Shown here: one piece after another, positions 13,528-24,500 of the stretch | How the letters are laid out: every line of letters begins with the position of its first letter | Numbering within the stretch: position 1 is the first letter of the stretch | Source: Antedon mediterranea | Lineage: Eukaryota > Animalia > Echinodermata | Assembly: GCF_964355755.1 (NCBI RefSeq) | Contig: NC_092671.1 | Span: forward strand, 5,766,001-5,830,000 | Direction: 5' to 3' | DNA: 64,000 nucleotides | Notes under the pieces: model-generated | The model's input: the letters and a program-made list of their open reading frames with translations, nothing else | Databases searched by the model: none | What the model was told of the DNA's origin: nothing | Position numbers and translations under genes: made by a program

Positions 13528-14669
13528 ACGTGTAGAAATCCCGCGAATAATCGTCAACTTTTAAACGCAATAACTGTAGATTTTGTCGAAATTGTTATCA
13601 ATTAATTGTAAAATAAAAGACCTCAACTAACGCACTGCCACGGGAACGAAATGGTGATATAATTAGCGGAAAACAAAGTAAGCATATTAAGAATAGGCAT
13701 AACAGTACCTATATCTACACTAGCATTACCCAACATTTCTCAATGGACACGCAGCTTGTGTTTTACGTTTTGTCTGCACCTACCAGAGTAGGCTAGATAT
13801 TAACACATAACAGAAAACAACAAACATTGAGAAGAAATACTTTCAGATACATACGGTAGGCGTGTTAATGTTTGGCATAAAAACAAAATGAAAACATGCC
13901 AAGCCAAAACCTTCCTGTATGCGAAATTATCTGAGTCTGGGAAAAACAGAAAAGTGGGAAAATACAGATTCCATGGAGAAAACATTTACCGGTTCACATT
14001 TTACAGTGAACCTGACGTAAATCTGATTGGTATTGATTACAAATGACAGCTATTAAATGTATACCATCTGCTATCAGAAATTAAAGTTGATGATTGAAGG
14101 ATAACATGTGACGTAATAATGCTTCATAAATGTGTTGCTCCAAACGTGTTGTACCAAGGTTTTGATTTATAGAATGTCAAGTGCGAGGTGGTTACACAGG
14201 TGAAAACAAACTTAAGAGGTTTAGGATGCAGAATTATGAGCATGGCCTTTCTTGGCCATATGGTGTTAATCTGCTTCTGAGGAAACAGTTTTGTAAACGC
14301 TTGTATGCTATGTTGTTGAAAAGGGTTATTATTTCCTAAATGTTCAACATGATTTGTACTATTATAATATGTAGTAATTGAAACAGTTCATCGCAACTTT
14401 GCGTCTCGAACAACCCTTTCCTATAGCCGCCTTTATGTTTCGTTGACTTATTTATAAAAATGATAATGTTGCGGTCAGTGGCTGTCGTTATATGGAGAGG
14501 CCTAAATTCGATTTGAATAATGACATCTGATTCGAAGAAGAGCTATTGAGTTGCAATTGTTAACTATGTAAAAACACCCTAAAATATAAACACTTGTTTT
14601 AACTAAACACGGGTAGATTGGCGTTTACCTAAACATCACGATAATCTAAACACGCCCTTAGGCCAACCA

Positions 14670-15230
14670 TAGTCCTACAATTAGTTGCCGTAAGAGAGGG
14701 CGCCAATGCTGAAGTATATCATGGGGATACTCTGTGGAGATCGATAGTTCTCCCATCTATCAACTATGGTAGTTCAGTATGGTGCTCTTTAAGTAGAATA
14801 GATATAGATATCTCCAGCTCCAAATGGCGCGTTATATCTTAAAAGCACCTCGAAATACACCTTGTGTCGCCTTATATTGAGAGCTTGGTTGGTCTCCAAT
14901 TAACGAGATCCATAACGCTCTTCGTATGAAATACTTCCATAGAATTATAAAGATGGAAAACTATCGATGGCCAAAAATAATGTTTATTGGAATGCTACAA
15001 CTTAATTGTGAATTTAAAGACTTAAGGTATAAGTTTCTATCTTGTATAAACGATATTCTCTTGAAGTGTAATTGTGATTCCAAAAATATCTTCACCACTC
15101 TCTCAAATTATAAAGAAGTCTACTTTCCAATTTCCAATTTCTGAAATCTTAAGAAAACTTAACTCTATAATGATAGATGAATGGAGAATTGAATTACAAA
15201 ATAAATCAAGTCTCCACATCTATAGATAGG
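14670..15230 (+). mobile_element. Degenerate LINE (non-LTR retrotransposon) ORF2 fragment, post-RT region
   Basis: Broken frames read DTLWRSIVLPSINYGSSVW...LQLQMARYILKAPRNTPCVALY*ELGWSPI...RMKYFHRIIKMENYRWPK, typical of the RT C-terminal region of CR1/L2-group LINEs. Stops and frameshifts present. Confidence 0.75.
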
Positions 15231-16628
15231 ATAGAGGTTGATAGTTGCTTTTGCCTTTTTACTTTTCTGTTAATTGTTAGGCCTATATTTTATATTGTTA
15301 TTGTAAAGGATGCACCTTTGTGCTAAGTGTGCCACCGATCTAAAGGTGTAATTCCAAATAAAAATAAAATAAATAAATAAAATATCAGCGAATGCGGAAG
15401 TAACGACGACGACAACAACCAGTGCGCGAATTTTAAAGATTGAGATAGAAACCCTCTTTGTAAGTAACAGACACATATAGAACAAAGTCATAGAGGAAAT
15501 CTGGTGTAGGCCTCTTATAATCCACACCCTACAGTAGTTATTAATTTATTGTTGTAGGCCTACTGCATTTGTATTAGCCTACACAATCCTTCAGTTGCTT
15601 ATTATTGTAGGCCCCCGTGTAGGCCTTCGTGATATATATTGTACGTTGCCTCTGCTGTCCATCAGTCGACGTTTATACGTTTAAAACGCCATGTGTGACA
15701 AAATATTTATTTTTTTAACCAATATTAAGTTGAAATATGCGATGCGAGTGACCGAATGATATTAAAAACAATATATTTTTAATCTTCTCTTTTAATCCTA
15801 TATTATTATATTCAGGTACTTTATCATGTTAGGCACTCGGTTTAAGAAGGCACGTATGAATTTGTTTGTATGAACCATTACGTATGAAACGGTATGATTA
15901 ATAAAATAAAGACTACAGCAGGTACAAATAACATTTTAGTATTTTATTCGACATAAAAAGTGTAAAATCAACTCCGATAATTTGCCTTGGGGTTATAAAG
16001 GATATATACACCATTACTTAAAATACACATAGATACAGCATAATTCATCATTTGCTGCTTAACTACAAAAGGGCTATCTGCATTATCAAACTAGTTTGAA
16101 AAAAAAAAAGAGTATGATCTGTCTAAATATACAGTAGTAAAATGCCCAAATATGGTAGTGCTATGACATCATAATGGCAATATATGATATGTGCACATCA
16201 CAATTTTTGTCGCATAAAGTTTGATAATGTAGAAAGAACTTAAGCCTATAACATGAGTAAATGCGGAAAACAAGTTTCCTTTGGCAATATACGCGTTTAA
16301 CAGTGTGGCTGCTTTTTAAAACTATTTTCTATTGGCATAAAAAAGTAGGCACTAAATATTATATAAGTTAAAAAAAAGCTGTACAAAAGTACTATTTCGT
16401 CTACTCTTGTATATACAACACGTAATTGCGAACATTGTGTTTAGGTACACTGTTATCTTACAATTAATACGCTGGAATTACTGCCACATTTAATATTTGT
16501 ATTGGTTTAAACTCGATAAGCTGCCATGTAATTCTAAATGACCTTTTCTATTTACAATTACAGGATATATATAGTTTATTCAGATATAATCATGATACTA
16601 CACTACAAAAAAACTCATCAAGAAGATA

Positions 16629-16662
<34 letters not shown>

Positions 16663-16718
16663 AACCAGAGCTGCACCGACGAGATCTAATAAGATCGAAA
16701 CAGTACTGTCTGCAGATT

Positions 16719-16780
<62 letters not shown>

Positions 16781-16925
16781 ATGATGTTGCGTAGCACTGT
16801 GTAAATTATATATAAATCATACTGTAAATTATAGAAACAGTGCTCATATTCGGAACATGATCTCATAATCGCGTCGAGCATAGCTCATTGGCGAAAGTTC
16901 CATATTTTTTAGTTGTATGAAAAAA

Positions 16926-16997
16926 TGTCTCTGGCGGGATTCGAACCTGCAACCTCTCGCTTACAGGGCGAGTATCATACCACTAGACCACAGAGCC
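16926..16997 (-). tRNA. tRNA-like unit, copy 1 (identical to 17868-17939)
   Basis: Reverse complement of the unit at 17868-17939, inside repeat unit 1. Confidence 0.65.
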
Positions 16998-17292
16998 ATG
17001 TATGGTATTATCACAGATTTTCACCCACCAGATACATTCTCTCATACAACAAACGCCCTCACAATCAGTGGAGGCTTAACAAGTCAGAATAAATTCCAAC
17101 TTTAATTCGCAACGGTTTTTTAAATAATATTTTGTATATGTAAATCAATGATGTTGCGTAGCACTGTGTAAATTATATATAAATCATACTGTAAATTATA
17201 GAAACAGTGCTCATATTCGGAACATGATCTCATAATCGCGTCGAGCATAGCTCATTGGCGAAAGTTCCATATTTTTTAGTTGTATGAAAAAA

Positions 17293-17364
17293 TGTCTCTG
17301 GCGGGATTCGAACCTGCAACCTCTCGCTTACAGGGCGAGTATCATACCACTAGACCACAGAGCC
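17293..17364 (-). tRNA. tRNA-like unit, copy 2
   Basis: Identical copy in repeat unit 2. Confidence 0.65.
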
Positions 17365-17659
17365 ATGTATGGTATTATCACAGATTTTCACCCACCAGAT
17401 ACATTCTCTCATACAACAAACGCCCTCACAATCAGTGGAGGCTTAACAAGTCAGAATAAATTCCAACTTTAATTCGCAACGGTTTTTTAAATAATATTTT
17501 GTATATGTAAATCAATGATGTTGCGTAGCACTGTGTAAATTATATATAAATCATACTGTAAATTATAGAAACAGTGCTCATATTCGGAACATGATCTCAT
17601 AATCGCGTCGAGCATAGCTCATTGGCGAAAGTTCCATATTTTTTAGTTGTATGAAAAAA

Positions 17660-17731
17660 TGTCTCTGGCGGGATTCGAACCTGCAACCTCTCGCTTACAG
17701 GGCGAGTATCATACCACTAGACCACAGAGCC
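17660..17731 (-). tRNA. tRNA-like unit, copy 3
   Basis: Identical copy in repeat unit 3, in the left arm of the palindrome. Confidence 0.65.
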
Positions 17732-17867
17732 ATGTATGGTATTATCACAGATTTTCACCCACCAGATACATTCTCTCATACAACAAACGCCCTCACAATA
17801 TTGTGAGGGCGTTTGTTGTATGAGAGAATGTATCTGGTGGGTGAAAATCTGTGATAATACCATACAT

Positions 17868-17939
17868 GGCTCTGTGGTCTAGTGGTATGATACTCGCCCT
17901 GTAAGCGAGAGGTTGCAGGTTCGAATCCCGCCAGAGACA
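17868..17939 (+). tRNA. tRNA-like Pol III unit (tRNA-Pro-like body, TGT at anticodon position); probably pseudogene or element-borne
   Basis: GGCTCTGTGGTCTAGTGGTATGATACTCGCCCTGTAAGCGAGAGGTTGCAGGTTCGAATCCCGCCAGAGACA then T6. A box TGGTCTAGTGG, B box GGTTCGAATCC, anticodon stem CTCGC/GCGAG. One mismatch each in the acceptor and T stems; C rather than U at position 33. Confidence 0.7.
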
Positions 17940-18047
17940 TTTTTTCATACAACTAAAAAATATGGAACTTTCGCCAATGAGCTATGCTCGACGCGATTAT
18001 GAGATCATGTTCCGAATATGAGCACTGTTTCTATAATTTACAGTATG

Positions 18048-18087
<40 letters not shown>

Positions 18088-18534
18088 TTTACGTAGACGT
18101 TATATTTGCATTGTTTCAAAATGATATGAAAATGACTAAAACAACAATGCATTGTTAAAATGAAGTCCTAAATGACGTAAGTTATGAGATTCACCTGCCT
18201 GTAGTGTTTATTGTTTCATTATAAAAAAAACATCTATTGTTACATTTTATTATTATACTAATGAATGATAGATGTGTATATGTCATTGTTAAAGAAAAGA
18301 GAGAAATCCGCCTAAATTTGATTCTTTTGTTGACTTTTTCATTATGTGGCTTGTTCCAGATATTGTGAACTTTCTCAATTTCGTCATTTTCCTAGTATTT
18401 TAAACGCATGGATTTAGTTAATATTGTTGACGAATTGATGGTCTCTGAGGTTGTATAATTGAATTGGCATTCGTCACACCATAATAAAGTTCTTAAAGCT
18501 TGCTTCCCAAAGGAGAGAAAGCGCATAATAAACT

Positions 18535-21500
18535 TTACGTAGATCCATAGATAAACAGAAGAGTGCTAGCAAAACCTGTTCCGGCTTCTAGTCGGGCGCT
18601 ATATATAGATTTCATATAGTTTATTGCTTCCAACTTGGATATATTGTCAATTTGTGAGGTTATTGCGTAGCAAAATACTGCCCATTGTGTTGAAACTGGT
18701 TCTAGTGTATATAGTGATAAGTCTATGAGATTAGCGCCTGGTGCCGTCGTCGGATTTATAGCCCAACTGCAAACGTCTTCTATATTCCGCGCCCATTCCT
18801 AATAAAATAAAACACATTGTGTGCATCTACCATTTTCGATACATATTTTAATATGTCGCGAAAATGGTAGAAAATAATGGTAAAAATCAGTAACATTAAA
18901 ATGTTGGTGTTTTATGCGTGCAACTTAAGTACCGTATAATATACGACTAAAGCTTGGTTGCTTCCCACTTCACGCAACGTATGCGCCACAAGCGATGGTG
19001 GATTATCAGCCTGAACTGTCGCTTGTGATTGGTAAACTTATTTGCGTTTCGCTTACGCCATTGTGTTGCGTCTAAGTTGGAACGAAGCTTAAAGAGTCGC
19101 TTCAACCCTTTTTTAACAGTTAATTTACCTGATCCATATAATGTTTTGACACGGATGTGATTGGCAAAATTTGAAGTCCAACTATACATGCATGTCGTTC
19201 TGGAAATTGGTCTGGGTTACAAGGCCAGCTTAGTGTATAATAGAAAATTCCATCCTCTTGCATCTGCCCTAGTACTCCAAAGTTTTGAATAATTGGCGGG
19301 AAAATATGTTTGTTGTGCGCTCTAACGTGCCAATATTCCCTCGTTGATCTGATTTCGGTAGCTAACATCAGACGGCCTATATTTTGCATTGTTACGTCAC
19401 CAAGAGCGTGCCCGAGCGCCGCCACTGCGTGGTAACAGTTAATTGCCTAAAGAATAAATCAATGACGGTCAAACACCATGCGTTTTAGCGGTGTTTTTGA
19501 CAACCAATATTAGAGACCTTTCGATTTGGGACGACTACTAGAACCATGGTTGCATCATGTTCATGCATTTGGGGACATAGGGGTCTGCTTTATCGCTCGA
19601 TTCCTCGAAATGGTTCTATGGAGTAATTCATTTTACGCGATTTTAATCTTTTTTAAAAGAATGGCACTTTGTCGAATTCTTTTGACTTCTAATTTAGACA
19701 AGCATCGGTTCTATGGTGTAATGGTTAGCACTCCTACTACTAAGTCCAGGCAAAAACAAACAACAATACATTGTGCGCTAGACTTGCCCTAAGTCTGTAA
19801 TGTTGTCTTTTTTATGTTAGCCGGCATGTTTAGTTTTGTTTCAAGTCAAGCGTATACGTATGAAACGTATTTTTACTAATATTAAGTAAAAAAACTAACT
19901 AATTGTGCGCTGGCAGCTGCATCCCCGTCGTCGCAAATCGAAAGTTTCCATTTTACTTTACGGGATGGATTTATCATCATTTGTAAGTGTCGCCGTGCAT
20001 GATCAAAATTTCTAAATAATCTAAAGAATAAATAAAAATGATGAGGATCTTACTTCACTGGTTGATTCTGTAAGCCGTGTACCCCCTCCAATCCCCGTTG
20101 CCCAAGAATGACCCATGTACCAATCTTTATGGCGTACGGTTGGGAAGAATGTGTCATTTTTACTGGGATTTGCAACATCACGAACAATTGCTGTAATTCG
20201 TTCATACGTATCTAAAATAATAAAAGATAACTTTTTAAATATTTACAAAATTGATACAGTATATTATTCTTGCATTGTATGTATTGTTTAAAAAATACAT
20301 AGCGCCGCCTATCAGTGAGTTGTAATGTATTGCTACATGAGGGCAGTATAGAAAGAATCCTAAAGTTGATCCTCGTTTTTAAGAGCTGCAGTTTAGTCTA
20401 TAAACATGGAGGAAAAAATCACATGGTTTTACGTACATAATCCACTTATTAGGTTGAACGGACATTAGAAAGTTCCCGCTAAATCACCACTCAACATTTC
20501 AAATATGGCTACACAGATTCTTCTTACGGAAAATAAATCACATTTATATACTGTATAATATATATAGAAATCCACCGAACTAACCATTTCGTGCTGCCCA
20601 TTCCATGTGGTGCTTTGCATAGTAAGCTATACCATAGATCCAATACCCAAGATGAATATGATGGTTTGAATAAGAGACAAATCCAAAATTGGTCCAGTAA
20701 TAAATTGGTTCATATTTTCTATTGCTATACAGGAACATACCTCCCCAAATAGAATCGTACCTGATTAAAAAGCATATCATATATCAACCATACCATACAG
20801 TAATATTAACGGGACACCTTCGGGACCCAAAAGTGTCTTGGTTGGTTGTAGTGTGTTAAAACATGCCCTATATTTGCCTCATTCATGTCTGGGAAGTCCC
20901 GTTAATAGAGGGATGTCCCTGTTTCTCAAAGAAGGTGTTCTACTGTAAATGTTTTATAAGCATAAATTTAAAATATATACCATATTATGCCTATATGTAA
21001 TATGTCATAAAAGTGAAAAGTGTTTTGGAATGACTCGTATGTCTGTAGGACTGCGTTTAGGACCTAATTGGCAGAATGTCGTACCTAAATACGTTTGCTT
21101 CAGTTATTCCTTCAACTATACCAAGCCAGAGATCTAAGCACCGACGTAATGATTCATCTAGCTTAGTATAATGATTTGTCCCAAATGCCCTGGATATGCT
21201 GGCTAATCTTGATACCATTCCAATGGATTTACCAGCCCAGTAACTTTGAGCGCCCTCGCGCTTGCAGTCTTTATCAAGTGTGTGATTGGCGGCGTCCCTT
21301 GCAATTCCATCTATGATATCCTAATCGATTAAAAACAATTTAAATTGGAATAAAGCTTTGTAAATACATTATTTAGAATAGAACACAGCTAGTTTATTAT
21401 AAAGCACGATACGCTCGCTTAGGTTTACTTATGTGGTTTTTACTTGGCTCTTGTGCTTTGAGTTAAACATCATTATTTTTGTGGGACGATACAACCAGAC

Positions 21501-24500
21501 ATAATAATTAGACCGTTTTTTCTTATCATTTACTGTACTTAGAAAGATATTCGATTGCACACATTTTGCGGACAGTTGTTTTTATTGGGAATTCATCTAA
21601 ATCTTTACATTAAGCATAAAAACGGAATAATTTTCAATTAAAAATGAAATTAATTCCTCGGAGAAAATAAATATATTGTAAAGACAAAGAAGATAAAGTA
21701 ATATATTTTGTAACCCACACATAATTTCTTACCTGTAGCATTGTTGAATTTTCTTTTATTTTCTTGACCTCTTGTGGATCTGGGTCCATTTCAGCACGAA
21801 CCAGTGGCTCTTCCATTACCCATAGGTCTGATGTATAACCTTTGAACCCAAATATTGTTGGTATCAATGCGTCTTTTTCGAGTAAGACTTCCTTTGAAAT
21901 AACATTGTTAGAATAGAATTTGGACATTTTATAAAAGTTTTAGACCACAAAATTTATAGTATTCATAGAAATGTTGACTGATTTACAATTGTTACCTTAA
22001 TGTCTGTCTATGGAAATAGTATTTTTTCCATCCCATTTATCCATCACCACTTTACTACAAGTTACAACAACATTATTCAACTTATTCCTCAAGCTTTCAC
22101 CACCATAATTACCCAACACTACCAACAAACATTATTCGACTTATCCCTCAAGCTTTCACCACCATATTACCCAACACTACCAACAAACATTATTCGACTT
22201 ATTCCTCAAGCTTTCACCACCATATTACCCAACACTACCAATAAACATTATTCGACTTATCCCTCAAGCTTTCACCACCATATTACACAACACTACCAAC
22301 AAACATTATTCGACTTATCCCTCAAGCTTTCACCACCATATTACCCAACACTACCAACAAACATTATTCAACACTGCATTAAATCTATTCCACCACACAT
22401 TTGGAACATTTGTGATTCATCAGAATTTTGAGGACAGTTAATACAAAATGGATATTAGAAGCATTTATAAATCAAATATGAAATTGTTAGAGATTAGAAT
22501 AATTTTTATGAACCTTTATTTAATTTATTAGATGGATATCTTTGTTGTTTTTGTTTGCTTTTATATTTAATTTTTTATTTGATTATGTTTGTCCTTTGTA
22601 ATGTATTATTATGATGAAATTTAAAAAAATATGTGATTCGTATCTTCAGTGAAGAGTGAAATTAAATAACTTTCTGTAATTTCACTGTTCCCTGGTATCT
22701 TGTTTATCAACTTGAAAACAATGTATAAACTTATAAACAGTTAAGGAAAAAATGGAAAAATCAGCACTGTGGTCAAAACAATATAGATTATCTGATAAAA
22801 CTCCTAGAAAGTAGGAAGCATTGTGCCTTTTTCCCCTGACTATAAACCTACATGATGCGGTAGTGTAACGATCAGCAGCTGCGGTTCCTGTCTGTTTTGT
22901 AAATACTGGAAAACATGCGTATTCCAATCCCAACTTATGTATCCTGTATCACCGAGAACACAGGTTCGAGTCCTAGGCTTGTAAGAATATATTCCAACGT
23001 GATGTTCAAGCTGTTTAACTGCTTCGAAGTCACCTTTCTTGCCTGTACCGGCAAAAGCTAATTGCATGATGCCTGTAAAGTTTTCAGATTTAGAATTGAA
23101 AAACGCTTTCCCGCCTTTTATAGTCATCGTCATTTTTTCTGAAAAAAAGGCTGCAAACTTTCTAGTGTTTAGTTTAGGGTCGCCTAATGGTTCAGCTAAT
23201 TCTAATATAAACGAATTGCTGCTTATTTCCAATGGCGGCTCTTGAGAAGAATTTCTGCTACTTTCACAAACAACCTGTAAATAAAAACGAAGTAATAGTC
23301 AATTCTTGAGCCTTAAGTTTTATTCTCAATTATATTTCATAGGTCCATGTTATCACAAAGGTCACTGTTGAAGATGGACATTCAGAGAGTCAATATAGTT
23401 TTTTCCATAAAATTGAGTTGAGTCAAATACCGTACCTCAAATGGAGATCTCTTCCAATTAAAAGGAATAGGCTGGACAACATATTGACCTATAACATTAA
23501 CAGCATAGACATGTGTATTAGTAGACACGGTGGCCGTGTATGTAACTCTCCTTCTATCGTATGATAACTGACATGTATTTTTGGTACACTTTTCCCATAT
23601 TCTTTTGTTATGCCATTCACTTTTATTTCCATGGAGGAACTGGATCTGTAAAATAATTATATATTTTAATATAACGCATTGAAAACATACATACTATTAT
23701 TCGGTAGATGTCGATTTAAAAATAAAGCCATATTCTCCAGTAACTAAATAAATCTTCACTGTGTATATGACTCATTTCCACATTGTGTCAATTTTTTATA
23801 ATAAATAAACACTTGAATACATGTGCTTCTTTTAACATAACAAGAATTAAATATATTTGTAAGTTCTTTGAAATTTGCATTAAATTATATTTTAAAATAG
23901 AAAAACTTAGTCATTCAATCCTATTGAAGTGTCACATTTTTTAATTTTTAAAAAGGTGTGAACTAAACATTTGAAATTTGTATTATTAAACCTTTTATCA
24001 ATCACCATTTAAGTCAAAGTTTTAATTCACAAGGGATTAAACAGTAATCTTATGATATATCAATATTCAGACATAACGACTTATTACTAATAAATGTTAT
24101 CAATGATAAGTGGTACCGAAAGATGTTGTTATAAGGGATAATTATGTATGATATTAAGCTCTGTCTATGTGACAACAAAAAAGGCATGTGCCCAAATAAT
24201 AATGGTAGCGATATGCTCAAATATGGCAGTGATATGACATCATGGCACATCACATTTTGTTGTCACATAAAGTTTGATAGTGTAGACAAGGCTTTATATA
24301 GAAGATCTCCTTGTTTATAAGTAGGCAGTATATATGACACTTTCATTACATTTGACAGATGTATAGTATCATAACCCCACACTCTGATGACTAGCAATGC
24401 AATGAACTCAGTTTAAATAATTTATCAGCCTGAGTCCTAAAGTCTATTTTACTTATGGAAAAAACACACCTCTTCCAATCCACCAAAAACGTTTTTTGAT

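Larger units (their letters stand above)
16779..18058. repeat. Tandem array of a 367-bp unit (2 full + 1 partial) ending in a perfect 259-bp-arm palindrome, flanked by (TA)n
   Basis: Units start at 16779, 17146 and 17513 and appear identical. Palindrome centre CACAAT|ATTGTG at 17799/17800, arms 17541-17799 and 17800-18058. (TA)n at 16721-16778 and ~18050-18083. Confidence 0.95.

Noticed and set aside
16917-17472. Two identical 62-aa ORFs (MKKCLWRDSNLQP...)
   Set aside because: Antisense translation of the tRNA-like unit within the tandem repeat.
20054-20211. Apparent frameshift before the ESTSE motif of GH81
   Set aside because: Recounting the G-run (five G on the minus strand) gives ATT GGA GGG GGT ACA CGG CTT ACA GAA; the frame is intact.
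22000-22431. 143-aa ORF and CRISPR-like periodicity
   Set aside because: Head-to-tail 58-bp minisatellite with no unique spacers, in a eukaryotic intron; the ORF is a by-product.
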